Positions 15,514 through 24,351 of a DNA stretch of 45,716 nucleotides are shown piece by piece. Source of the stretch: Alphaproteobacteria bacterium UBA2947 (lineage in GTDB: Bacteria; Pseudomonadota; Alphaproteobacteria; Rs-D84); contig DEBV01000014.1 in NCBI GenBank assembly GCA_002348925.1, positions 17,505 through 63,220 on the forward strand. The letters run 5' to 3'. The position numbers and the translations under genes are program-made. The stretch's first letter is position 1. Each line of letters opens with the position of its first letter. The notes beneath the pieces were generated by a model that saw nothing but the letters and a program-made list of their open reading frames with translations, was not told the origin of the DNA and made no database searches.

Positions 15514-16695
15514 TTATTTTAAGTTTATATTTTTTTCACTTGTTATTTTTCCATTTATTTCACGAATGTAAATTAAATTGTTTTGTTTGTTGGAATTTTT
15601 TTCGCGCGTTACATAAATGTATTTTGGCAGTGTTGCCCATGTTCGAACATCTGCATTGCTTGATGCCGCAGTGTAAATCGAAGACATTACACCAAGCAGT
15701 GGGGCATAATCTGATTTTGAATTATAAAGAAGTGCTTGTGCCGTCGTTTTTGATACAGCAGATGTGTATGCACGCAATATTTCGTTTACGCTGTATTCGT
15801 TATATTCCGTCATAAACAGTGCATCAACATTGGCCAGCATTTCTGAATTTTTTGGTACGGTATAGTTTGGCATTTGATAGGCCTGTGAAAAAGTGAATTG
15901 AATCAGACCAAGATTAAATAAATAAATCGATGCGTTTTCTTCACGCAGACGTGGTGCAAAACCTGTTTCTGTGAAAGTCCAAGTAGTGTTTGTCGGACGG
16001 ATTCTTTTTTGTGCCATGTCTAAGTCTTGTTTTATGTATTTGTTGTCTGGCATCATACCGTTTGCGCGTTTAAGGTATGTAATTGCATTATCAAAATCAC
16101 CATCGTTTAAGAAATATATTCCAGACAGATACATTAACGCTGGATTCATAATGTCGCGAAACGCCAACCAATCATTTGAATTTTTGTCGATAAATTCTGC
16201 GATTTGCGAATCGGCAGCGATTTCTTTTTTATTATTTTCTATCATTTTTTTATATTCACGCGACATATCTTGTTGACGCTGATAAGATTGGTTTATAACA
16301 ACACGTGCATTTGACCAATCTTGCAATGCCAATAAATCCCATAACTGATAATAAGACACAAACAGTGAATCCATCATATATGGTTTATAAGAATTAACAC
16401 TTTGTCCGACCAGTAATCCTGTTGCTTCGCGTGATATGGACGATGAAGTTTCGTGTAAGTTTCTTTTGTTAAATTCTTCAAAGGTCGAATCGCTTTCCGT
16501 ATATTTACCGTCAAGAAATAGGGCTGTCCCGTTAATCAGTAAATCAAGATTATTTTGGTCATCAGGTTCTGATTCAGTGGTTGTTTTGAAATCACTGTTT
16601 GCGAAATTATTTTGCACATTATCCAAGCGTGATTGCATAGTTGATGCGCAACCACATAAAAACAAACCTAATACAAAATAAACTATTTTTCGCAT
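15514..16695 (-). CDS. Hypothetical helical-repeat lipoprotein (393 aa)
   Basis: Lipobox FLCGCAS. TPR-like segments (GTALFLDGKYTESDSTFEEF and YFLNDGDFDNAITYLKRA). From memory, proteins of this layout (COG3014-type) are commonly encoded next to COG3417/LpoB-like lipoproteins. Unverified here. Confidence 0.5.
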   Translation of the reverse strand: MRKIVYFVLGLFLCGCASTMQSRLDNVQNNFANSDFKTTTESEPDDQNNLDLLINGTALFLDGKYTESDSTFEEFNKRNLHETSSSISREATGLLVGQSVNSYKPYMMDSLFVSYYQLWDLLALQDWSNARVVINQSYQRQQDMSREYKKMIENNKKEIAADSQIAEFIDKNSNDWLAFRDIMNPALMYLSGIYFLNDGDFDNAITYLKRANGMMPDNKYIKQDLDMAQKRIRPTNTTWTFTETGFAPRLREENASIYLFNLGLIQFTFSQAYQMPNYTVPKNSEMLANVDALFMTEYNEYSVNEILRAYTSAVSKTTAQALLYNSKSDYAPLLGVMSSIYTAASSNADVRTWATLPKYIYVTREKNSNKQNNLIYIREINGKITSEKNINLK

Positions 16696-16713
16696 GGGAT
16701 TATTATAAATCAG

Positions 16714-18972
16714 TTAATGCAAAGGTTCCAATATTTTTATTTCATTGGTATTTGGGTTCAAGACACGCGGCGTGCCTTCGTATCCCATAATTGCATGATG
16801 CGAAGGGATTAAAAATTCAGGTAATGGGGAGGCTTCGCCCATCATGACTTTTTGGTAAAGTTTCTTTTGAATGTCTGTTTTATTAAGGAAATAACGTTCC
16901 TGGTCGGCTTCTATTGGACGGTGATACCAGCCCTGATAAATAACAAGTTGTTTGCCTTCTTTTAAACGCATAATATCCATTTCTGTGAAAAGAGGCTCTT
17001 CTTTTGGTGTTTCGATTTCTTTGCCGTCTTTTACTTCGACTTTCTTGGTCATTTTCATTCCTGTCATGTGGGCAAATCTCTGCGCGGTTTCTGGGTCGTT
17101 TTGACGCAAGACTATTTTTGCTGCGGTTGTTGAAATTATTGTTGATGCTGCATCTTCACCGTATCTTTCACGAATTTGGTGAATGTCTTGACCAATAATC
17201 AGATAGGATACTTTGCAACCACGCCCCAGGTCTGGTCCCTGAATAACCGCATCAAGTTTTTGCATCTTTGGCATTTCGTCAAGTACGAACAATACTGGAT
17301 ATGGTCCAACGCGTTGTCCGTCAACCTGTGTGTCAGGGGTGTGTGCCAATAAATAATTAGACATCAATTCAATAAATATAGCAGTAATCGGATTAACCGC
17401 CTGGGCATCAACCATATTTACAGATAAATATACACTGACAGGTTTGATCTTGCCATCACGCGGGTCTTTTATTCCACGCAGGTCGCTAAAATGAAAATCT
17501 GAATGGCTGGTTCGATTGCGAACCGCGGCATTGCGGAATATCGCCAATCCTTCCATCATGGTTGATAAAATAGAACCGCGTTCTTTATCTGGTGTGTTCG
17601 CCAATTGTGTTAATTCAGACACTGCACGATTTGAATAGGCGTATCTGCGCGCTTCATCAACGGCATTTAATAGTAAATCTTTCATTGGGTCTGCCATCAT
17701 AACCATTTGGTCGCCTTGGCGTCTGCGTTCTTCCATTTGTTCGGCAATAGCGACCTGACTGGATGTAAGCCAATCAAGAATCATGGAAAATGATGCTTCG
17801 CGACCACGCCATGCATCTGGTATGTTTGCCCATGTTCCAACATGAACATAATTTGTTGTGTTTAATTCGCCTTTCTGCAACAGTGAATATGCCGCGTATG
17901 CATTTGGGTCATTCATCATGGATAAATAATAATCACCAAGTACCGTTGCATCATCATTATTAAATGTTCCATTATTTATGCGTGAATAAAAATAATCATC
18001 TGCTTTTGCGCGTTCTATTTTGGATACAATAAAGTGGATAAGACCAGACAAACCGGCGCGTCCTGTATTCCCCCAGTGTGGATCTTGGACAGTGTCTTGA
18101 ACCAAAACTTTACAGATGGCGTCTATATACAAATCGCGTTGTTCTGGATTGTATGGAATATGATCGGGTGATAACGGATTCCAAGATGGATAATATATTC
18201 CGCGCGCTGGGTCATCTTGTCCTGCCCAATTCATAATAAATACAGGGCCGATAGTTGCACGATAGCCAGAAGTTTTTTGTTTTAATTCTGGTTTTGGGTC
18301 GTTGATAATCATTGAAACTGTATCACAGTCAAGAATCGTTGGGATAACTACTCCTGCTGTTTTACCTGTTCCTGGAGGCGCCACACATAATGCAGATAAA
18401 CTTTCATCAAACATAAGTGCTGTTTGCTTGCCTTTGTATTTGAAATACCCCAAAACCATCATAAAGCCATGAAATAAACCTTCTTTGTTTTTATAGTCTG
18501 TTCCCATTTGTTTGATGTCGTCAGCGGTTGCTTTACGGGCAGATTTTTCATCGTATCTGTCTTTGCTGTGTGGGTTGAATTCAGATTTAAATGTTGCGTC
18601 CGCCAAGAAATAATATCCGAGAACTGGTAATAATGGTGTAATAGATGCAAAATCAGGATGCTGCAGGGTGCGACTTATCCAATATGGAACCTCTGCAATC
18701 GCCGAAAGCCCCAGCGTTGATACTAAATTTTTAAGATATATGGAAACCCAGTGGCTACTCGCTGGACCCCAGCCATAACGCCATACATGTTCAACCGCAA
18801 AAGACAATCCAAATAATAGTGCGCATACCAACCAAATCCCAACGTCCCAGCGTAATTCCCAGAATTTACGCGCCATTGGGGCTTGTTCGTGTTCTTTATA
18901 TGCGCTGGATTCAAATATCTTTAATCCTTTGCCTGAACCGCTGTTTGATAAAATGTTGAACTTTACTGCCAT
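16714..18972 (-). CDS. virD4: Type IV secretion coupling protein, VirD4/TraG family
   Basis: Track ORF 16714-19092. I prefer the Met at 18972 (MAVKFN), because the longer form overlaps the divergent rsmE start. N-terminal TM helices. Walker A CVAPPGTGKTAGVVIPTIL (compare VirD4 FAPTRSGKGVGfVIPnLL). Walker B VLFVLDEMPKM. No other T4SS genes are present in the window. Confidence 0.8.
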   Translation of the reverse strand: MAVKFNILSNSGSGKGLKIFESSAYKEHEQAPMARKFWELRWDVGIWLVCALLFGLSFAVEHVWRYGWGPASSHWVSIYLKNLVSTLGLSAIAEVPYWISRTLQHPDFASITPLLPVLGYYFLADATFKSEFNPHSKDRYDEKSARKATADDIKQMGTDYKNKEGLFHGFMMVLGYFKYKGKQTALMFDESLSALCVAPPGTGKTAGVVIPTILDCDTVSMIINDPKPELKQKTSGYRATIGPVFIMNWAGQDDPARGIYYPSWNPLSPDHIPYNPEQRDLYIDAICKVLVQDTVQDPHWGNTGRAGLSGLIHFIVSKIERAKADDYFYSRINNGTFNNDDATVLGDYYLSMMNDPNAYAAYSLLQKGELNTTNYVHVGTWANIPDAWRGREASFSMILDWLTSSQVAIAEQMEERRRQGDQMVMMADPMKDLLLNAVDEARRYAYSNRAVSELTQLANTPDKERGSILSTMMEGLAIFRNAAVRNRTSHSDFHFSDLRGIKDPRDGKIKPVSVYLSVNMVDAQAVNPITAIFIELMSNYLLAHTPDTQVDGQRVGPYPVLFVLDEMPKMQKLDAVIQGPDLGRGCKVSYLIIGQDIHQIRERYGEDAASTIISTTAAKIVLRQNDPETAQRFAHMTGMKMTKKVEVKDGKEIETPKEEPLFTEMDIMRLKEGKQLVIYQGWYHRPIEADQERYFLNKTDIQKKLYQKVMMGEASPLPEFLIPSHHAIMGYEGTPRVLNPNTNEIKILEPLH

Positions 18973-19024
18973 GGTTGGTATTATATCACAAAAAGAGTAG
19001 TTTTTATATATAAAGATAAAAAAA

Positions 19025-19681
19025 ATGCAAAATACACCAAGAATATTTATAAACGAAAAAATCGAATCTGGAAAATCTGTCGCGGTTGACAAAGATATTG
19101 TTCATTATCTGCGTCGTGTAATGAGGCGGGATGATTGTTTGGTCTTTAATGATGGCAGTGAATACAGTGCCAAACTGTCAGATGATAATAAATATATGTT
19201 AATAGGCGATAAGACACAGCATCTTGACCCGTCGAATGATTTAACACTTTATTTTGCGCCAATTAAAAAGTTAGATGATTTGATAAATATGGCAACGCAA
19301 ATGGGGGTAGGGACTTTTGTTCCTGTTATTACGAATCGGACGGTGGCTAATCATATAAATTGGACAAGAATAAGAAAAATTATGGTCGAAGCATCTGAAC
19401 AATCTGGGCGCAACAGTGTTCCTGTATTGGCAGAACCAATTAAATTTGATGATTTAGATTTAAAAGGTCTGATTGTTGCAGATGAAAGATTTGCACATGG
19501 CAAAGAAGACACGGATAAAAAAGTTTCTGGAAAAAGATTGTTAATTGGACCCGAAGGTGGTTTTTCAGATGCTGAATTTGAAAAAATGGATGGGGCAGGC
19601 GTTGTTGGTTTATCGCTTGGAAAAACAATATTGCGTGCAGAAACTGCGGCGGTCGTTGCAATATCAAAGGTGTTAGGTTAA
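19025..19681 (+). CDS. rsmE: 16S rRNA (uracil1498-N3)-methyltransferase
   Basis: 218-aa ORF. PRIFINE start. EASEQSGRNSVP and LIGPEGGFSDAE blocks are RsmE signatures. Confidence 0.8.
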   Translation: MQNTPRIFINEKIESGKSVAVDKDIVHYLRRVMRRDDCLVFNDGSEYSAKLSDDNKYMLIGDKTQHLDPSNDLTLYFAPIKKLDDLINMATQMGVGTFVPVITNRTVANHINWTRIRKIMVEASEQSGRNSVPVLAEPIKFDDLDLKGLIVADERFAHGKEDTDKKVSGKRLLIGPEGGFSDAEFEKMDGAGVVGLSLGKTILRAETAAVVAISKVLG

Positions 19682-20379
19682 TGAGTGTAAGATTGGCTAA
19701 ATTTATTGCGGACAGTGGCGTGGCGTCAAGACGCAGTGCTGAAGATTTAATTGCCAAAGGCGCAGTTTCTGTTAACGGCAATGTGATAAATACACCTGTC
19801 TTTTTTGTGGAAGATGGTGATATTGTTTGTGTAAATGGCAAAGAAATAAAAAAAGATGATGATATAAAATTATATGCTTTTCATAAGCCAATTAACACCG
19901 TGACGACAACACGCGACCCGATGGGGCGCAAAACAATTTATGATGTTCTGGATAAAAAATATAAGAATTTAAGATATATAGGTCGGCTTGATTTTAAAAC
20001 AACAGGTTTATTGTTGTTGACTAATAATGGTGATTTTGCGCGCAAGATGTCTTTGCCAAAAAATCATATTGAACGGACTTATATTGCAACTGTTGATAAA
20101 TATACTAAAAATGGTTTGAATGCTCTGCGCAAAGGTGTTTGTGTTGATGGTATAAATTATCAGCCGATGAAGATAGAAGAATTAGACGAACACAATTTGA
20201 AAATTACTGTCACAGAAGGAAAAAAGAACGAAATTCGAATCTGTTTGAAAAGTATAGGTTCGCCAGTAAAGGCATTGCATCGTATTTCCTATGGAATAAT
20301 AAAACTTGGAAATTTAGGCGGCGGAAAAATTTTAGAAATAGACAAGAAAACAATTGACCTGATTTTAAAAAATTTCTAA
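19681..20379 (+). CDS. Pseudouridine synthase, RsuA/RluB family, with an N-terminal S4 domain
   Basis: 232-aa ORF. S4 motif RLAKFIADSGVASRRSAEDLIAKGAVSVNG. Catalytic-Asp block GRLDFKTTGLLLLTNNGD. KNEIR block. Start is coupled to the rsmE stop (TAATG). Confidence 0.8.
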   Translation: MSVRLAKFIADSGVASRRSAEDLIAKGAVSVNGNVINTPVFFVEDGDIVCVNGKEIKKDDDIKLYAFHKPINTVTTTRDPMGRKTIYDVLDKKYKNLRYIGRLDFKTTGLLLLTNNGDFARKMSLPKNHIERTYIATVDKYTKNGLNALRKGVCVDGINYQPMKIEELDEHNLKITVTEGKKNEIRICLKSIGSPVKALHRISYGIIKLGNLGGGKILEIDKKTIDLILKNF

Positions 20380-20408
20380 AATCTCTTTATAAGAGAGGAG
20401 AGAACCCC

Positions 20409-21365
20409 ATGAAAAAAATACAAAGCAAAAAAGTAAAAACAACTCTGAATACCAGAAAAGCAGGCATTTCTAAGAATGCACCAGCGGTTTGGTCTTGGTC
20501 CATTTATGGGTATTGGTTTATAATTTTGTTCTTTATTGCTTCTACTTTTTATATTTTGGGACGCAGTCATGAATTTATGCAACCACGTTCAAATGTGACT
20601 GTTACAGAAGAATCTTTGATTCAACCAGAAGATTATATCGAACAAGCAAAAGCAAAAATTACAGTTGAAGATATGGAAGGCGCAATCGCTGATTTGAATG
20701 CGGCGATAGATGCTAATGCGTCATCGAATACATACACACTGCGTGGTGAAGCACATATGCAAATGGGCAATTACCAAAGTGCGTTGAATGATTTTGATGC
20801 AGCATTGGAAATCGATGGTGTTAACGCTGTTGCGTTTTACGACAGGGCTTTGTTAAATATGCGTCTTGAAAATTACGAAGCGGCTTTGACAGATATTAAC
20901 AATGCGTTGGCTGCACAGTCTATGAAACCATCAGATGTTTTGACTTTGCGTGATTTGTATGCCAAACGTGGTCAGTTGAATTTGTGGGCAAAGAATTGGC
21001 AGGGCGCGATTGCTGATTATACAAATTCTTTGGCAAGGGCAGAAGGCAGTGTTTCTGCAAACGTGTATGCAGAACGCGCAGAAGCATATACAGCATTGGG
21101 TGAATATGAAAACGCAATTAACGATTATACTTCGGCTGTTCGCGTTATCAGTGAACAGATTCAAGCGGCTCCAGATCAGGAAACTCGTGAAGTACAATCC
21201 AGCAATGCAATGTCTTATTTTGAAAAATCTGCAGCGTTAAATTTGAATATTGGTAATACTGATGCTGCAAAGACAGATTTGGAATCTGCTTTTGCGATTG
21301 CTAGTGCTTTGAATGACGAAGAAAGTATGACCAGAATTCAAAATCTTTTAAGTGATTTGAATTAA
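20409..21365 (+). CDS. Membrane-anchored tetratricopeptide-repeat protein
   Basis: 318-aa ORF. One TM (IYGYWFIILFFIASTFYIL). At least 5 TPR-like units (e.g. RGEAHMQMGNYQSALNDFDAALEID and RAEAYTALGEYENAINDYTSAV). Confidence 0.6.
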   Translation: MKKIQSKKVKTTLNTRKAGISKNAPAVWSWSIYGYWFIILFFIASTFYILGRSHEFMQPRSNVTVTEESLIQPEDYIEQAKAKITVEDMEGAIADLNAAIDANASSNTYTLRGEAHMQMGNYQSALNDFDAALEIDGVNAVAFYDRALLNMRLENYEAALTDINNALAAQSMKPSDVLTLRDLYAKRGQLNLWAKNWQGAIADYTNSLARAEGSVSANVYAERAEAYTALGEYENAINDYTSAVRVISEQIQAAPDQETREVQSSNAMSYFEKSAALNLNIGNTDAAKTDLESAFAIASALNDEESMTRIQNLLSDLN

Positions 21366-21371
21366 AAATAG

Positions 21372-21400
21372 AAAATCCGCCAAAACGGCGGATTTTTTTT
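21372..21400 (+). terminator. Rho-independent terminator after the TPR gene
   Basis: AAAATCCGCC-aaaac-GGCGGATTTTTTTT. The T-run runs into the -35 box of the next promoter. Confidence 0.6.
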
Positions 21401-21427
21401 GACTTTTTTATCAAATAATATTAAAAT
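21399..21427 (+). promoter_or_regulatory. Sigma-70-like promoter P1 (TTGACT-17 nt-TAAAAT)
   Basis: TTGACT at 21399-21404, a 17-nt spacer, and TAAAAT at 21422-21427. The predicted start about 7 nt downstream falls at or next to the ATG at 21435. Confidence 0.4.
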
Positions 21428-21434
21428 ACTTGGC

Positions 21435-21491
21435 ATGAATTACAGATTTATTACTTTTACTTTGACTACTACAACCCCTTTGGGGGTCTAA
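21435..21491 (+). promoter_or_regulatory. Candidate Thr-rich leader peptide ORF (MNYRFITFTLTTTTPLGV) upstream of thrS
   Basis: 18 codons. Six are Thr, including four consecutive (ACT ACT ACA ACC at 21465-21476). The run leads directly into the hairpin ACCCC-ttt-GGGGT at 21473-21487 and the stop at 21489-21491. There is no SD, so it would have to be translated leaderless from P1. Confidence 0.3.
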
Positions 21492-21500
21492 GATTTTCAT

Positions 21501-21529
21501 TTGCGATAAATTTTCGCACATACTATAAT
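21501..21529 (+). promoter_or_regulatory. Sigma-70-like promoter P2 (TTGCGA-17 nt-TATAAT) proximal to thrS
   Basis: TTGCGA at 21501-21506, a 17-nt spacer, and TATAAT at 21524-21529. The spacer contains the inverted repeat TGCGA-taaattt-TCGCA. Confidence 0.4.
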
Positions 21530-21573
21530 AAGCAAGCAATTAAATAAAAAATTCAAAACAAAGAAGGTAAATT

Positions 21574-23307
21574 ATGTCTTATCCAATAGAAACGATTCGT
21601 CATTCGTTGGCTCACGTAATGGCGGCAGCTGTTCAAAAATTATATCCAGATGTTAAATTTGCTGGTGGTCCTGCTATCGAAAATGGTTTTTACTATGATT
21701 TCGATACCGAACACAGATTCAGTGAAGAAGATTTTGGCGCAATAGAAAAAGAAATGAAATCTCTGATTAAATCAGATGGTCGTTTTGATAGACGCGAAGT
21801 ATCGTTAGATGAAGCCAAAGAAATTTTCAAAGATCAACCTTATAAAATGGAATGGTTGAACGAATACGATGCAAATGGTGAAGTATTGTCAATTTATACT
21901 TTCCGTGATTTTACTGACCTTTGCAAAGGGCCACATGTAGCAAGCAGCAAAGATTTGCCAAAAGACGGTTTTAAAATCCGTAATGTTGCAGGTGCATATT
22001 GGAAAGGCGATTCTAAAAATAAAATGTTGCAAAGAATTTATGTTGATGCGTTTGAAAATGCAGATGCATTGGCCGAATTCTTGAAAATGCAAGAAGAAGC
22101 TGCGGCGCGCGATAATCGTAAACTCGGTAAAGATATGGATTTGTTCCATTTTGAACCAGAATTTGCACCGGGGGCTGTTTTTTGGCATGACAAGGGTTAT
22201 CGTATTTATCGTAAACTTATTGAATACATTCGTGCGCGTCAAGAAAGGGCAGGTTATCAAGAAATTTCCACGCCTTCCGTTATGGACAGATGTTTGTGGG
22301 AAAAATCTGGACACTGGGCAAAATATGGCGCACACAACTATTCGGGTACAACCCAAGATGGGAAAGTTTTCTGTGTGAAACCTATGTCTTGTCCGGGTGG
22401 TATGTTGGTGTTCGGTAACGGTATGAAATCTTACAAAGATTTGCCATTGTATTTGGCTGAATTTGGTAAAGTTAATCGTTATGAAGCCGCCGGTGCTTTG
22501 TCAGGTTTAACACGTGTTCGTGAATTTACTCAAGACGATGCGCATATTTTCTGCACAGAAGAACAATTGGAAAGCGAAGTTGTAAAAATCTTGCGCTTTA
22601 TCAAAGATGTTTATGGAAAATTCGGTTTTGAAAAAATCACAATGAAATTGGCAACGCGTCCATTATCTGAATTCCGTATTGGTTCTGATGAAGTTTGGGA
22701 TAAAGCCGAAGGCGCATTAAAACACGCATTAGACGCAAACGGAATCGAATACGAAATTGCAGAACACGATGCGGCTTTCTATGGTCCAAAAATCGATAAC
22801 TATTTGAAAGATTCTATGGGACGCGTATGGCAATGTGGTACGGTTCAATTGGATATGAATTTGCCAGAAAGATTCGATTTGTCTTATGTTGGTGAAGATG
22901 GTGAAAAACATCGTCCAATCATGTTGCATCGTGCAATGTTAGGTTCTATTGAAAGATTTATGGGAATCTTGTTGGAGGCCACTGGTGGTAATTTACCATT
23001 GTGGTTGTCACCAGAACCTGTTGTGGTTGTTCCTGTATCTGAAAAGTACAAAGACTATGCAAATGAAGTCGTCGAATCTTTGCGTGAATCTGGTGTGATT
23101 GCACGTGCCGATTTGCGTGACGAAAAGGTTAATTATAAAGTGCGTGAATTGTCATTGGCAAAGACACCTATTATCGCAGTAGTTGGTGAAAAAGAATCAA
23201 ATGAAAAAACAGTGACACTGCGTTATTTGGCTAAAGAAGGACAAGAAGTTAAATCTTTGTCTGAATTTATCGAATATATGGTTAATGCAGTTAAAATGCC
23301 GTTGTAA
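21574..23307 (+). CDS. thrS: Threonine--tRNA ligase, without the N-terminal TGS domain
   Basis: 577-aa ORF. It begins at the editing-domain motif IRHSLAHVMA (E. coli IRHSCAHLLG, about residue 70). CKGPH editing block. Class II motifs (FRDFT..., RVREFTQDDAHIF, GSIERF). C-terminal anticodon-binding domain. Confidence 0.9.
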   Translation: MSYPIETIRHSLAHVMAAAVQKLYPDVKFAGGPAIENGFYYDFDTEHRFSEEDFGAIEKEMKSLIKSDGRFDRREVSLDEAKEIFKDQPYKMEWLNEYDANGEVLSIYTFRDFTDLCKGPHVASSKDLPKDGFKIRNVAGAYWKGDSKNKMLQRIYVDAFENADALAEFLKMQEEAAARDNRKLGKDMDLFHFEPEFAPGAVFWHDKGYRIYRKLIEYIRARQERAGYQEISTPSVMDRCLWEKSGHWAKYGAHNYSGTTQDGKVFCVKPMSCPGGMLVFGNGMKSYKDLPLYLAEFGKVNRYEAAGALSGLTRVREFTQDDAHIFCTEEQLESEVVKILRFIKDVYGKFGFEKITMKLATRPLSEFRIGSDEVWDKAEGALKHALDANGIEYEIAEHDAAFYGPKIDNYLKDSMGRVWQCGTVQLDMNLPERFDLSYVGEDGEKHRPIMLHRAMLGSIERFMGILLEATGGNLPLWLSPEPVVVVPVSEKYKDYANEVVESLRESGVIARADLRDEKVNYKVRELSLAKTPIIAVVGEKESNEKTVTLRYLAKEGQEVKSLSEFIEYMVNAVKMPL

Positions 23308-23312
23308 AATCT

Positions 23313-23331
23313 TGGGGGCGTTATGCCCCCA
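23313..23331 (+). terminator. GC-rich hairpin just after the thrS stop, with no U-tract
   Basis: TGGGGGC-gttat-GCCCCCA is followed by tgtatataaaagg rather than a T-run. It may be a weak terminator or an mRNA-stabilising hairpin. Confidence 0.3.
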
Positions 23332-23353
23332 TGTATATAAAAGGAAGAAAGTT

Positions 23354-23494
23354 ATGAAAAAAATCGCGATATTATTAGCATTATGTTCGTTGGTCGGCTT
23401 TGTTGCAGGATGCTGTAAATGTGAAAATGAACCTATTATCGAAGAAAACCATAAATTGATTGTGCCACCTAATTTTGGAAATATGCCAAAATAA
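23354..23494 (+). CDS. Small lipoprotein (46 aa)
   Basis: Internal start within track ORF 23285-23494. SD aaggaag, then MKKIAILLALCSLVGFVAGC (lipobox VAGC). The mature peptide has a CCKC cluster and LIVPPNFGNMPK. Confidence 0.5.
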   Translation: MKKIAILLALCSLVGFVAGCCKCENEPIIEENHKLIVPPNFGNMPK

Positions 23495-23555
23495 TTTTTG
23501 GTTTAGACGTTTTTTATGATATAATATCCTTATGAAACAAAAATAGGGGGATATT

Positions 23556-24335
23556 ATGGACCAAGAACAAGATTTAGATTTATTGGATTTGGAAGACGAA
23601 TCTTCCAGTGTGGACGCTTTACCAGAAGCAGCACCTTTTTCATCACCACGTCCAAAAAAACCATGGCTTTTAATGGGGTTGGGTGTTGCGATAATCGTGC
23701 TGGCTACATGGATTATAATTGCTCGTGTTGGTGGTGATTCGGCAAATGTGGTTAATATTGATTTGGATACCCCTGTGCAAAATGTTGATAATGTTCCAGC
23801 ACCAGTTGCGGACTTAAATGTTCCAGCAAAACCAGTAGAAGTTATGCCAGAACCAAAGCCAATGCCAAAGCCAGAGGTTAAACCAATGCCTGCACCAATG
23901 CCAGTGGAAGCAAAACCTGTGGAAGAAGCGGGAACACCTGTTCGTGTTATTTCTGACAGAAAAGAAGTGACATTTAATCCAGATAAAGGCGAAACAAAAC
24001 CAGCGGCGAAACCTGCGCCAAAGCCAACTATTAAACCTGCGGCCAAGGCAGCAGCAAAACCAGCGGTAACTAAACCAACTGCAACCGCTTCAAACGGCAG
24101 TATCTATGTTCAGTTTGGTTCTTATGGTACGCGTGCAGCCGCACAAAGCGCAGAACAAAAATTGCGTGCCGCGCATGGTAATTTGTTTGCAGGAAAACAA
24201 TTTGTTATTTTGGCGGCACAAGTGAATGGCAAGACAACATATCGTTTGCGTGTTGCATTTCAAAGTTCAAACGAAGCAAATGGTTTCTGCAGAAATGCAA
24301 AATCAGATGGTCTTGATTGTTACGTAACAAAATAA
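23556..24335 (+). CDS. SPOR-domain protein with a Pro/Lys-rich repeat linker
   Basis: 259-aa ORF. One TM (WLLMGLGVAIIVLATWIIIA). PKPMPKPEVKPMPAPMP repeats. C-terminal SPOR pattern IYVQFGSYGTRAAAQSAEQKLR ... YRLRVAFQSSNEANGFCRNAKSDGLDCYV. Confidence 0.7.
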   Translation: MDQEQDLDLLDLEDESSSVDALPEAAPFSSPRPKKPWLLMGLGVAIIVLATWIIIARVGGDSANVVNIDLDTPVQNVDNVPAPVADLNVPAKPVEVMPEPKPMPKPEVKPMPAPMPVEAKPVEEAGTPVRVISDRKEVTFNPDKGETKPAAKPAPKPTIKPAAKAAAKPAVTKPTATASNGSIYVQFGSYGTRAAAQSAEQKLRAAHGNLFAGKQFVILAAQVNGKTTYRLRVAFQSSNEANGFCRNAKSDGLDCYVTK

Positions 24336-24351
24336 ACCAAAGGGGTAAGTG

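Noticed and set aside
18973-19092. N-terminal 40 codons of the VirD4 track ORF (MSTATDFPDS...)
   Set aside because: This extension would overlap the divergent rsmE start at 19025 and consume the whole promoter region. The Met at 18972 precedes the first TM segments. The shorter form is preferred but unproven.
23381-24046. 221-aa ORF on the minus strand opposite the SPOR-domain gene
   Set aside because: It is a Gly/Ala/Thr/Ser-rich low-complexity translation that mirrors the Pro/Lys/Ala repeat codons of the plus-strand gene. It has no start context. The plus-strand ORF has a clear TM and SPOR domain. I treat it as a shadow ORF.
23820-24070. Imperfect tandem CCA-AAR-CCN (PKP/KPA) repeats that could be read as a DNA-level tandem repeat locus
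   Set aside because: The repeats are in-frame, degenerate and encode the Pro/Lys/Ala linker of the SPOR protein. They are a coding low-complexity region, not an independent repeat element.
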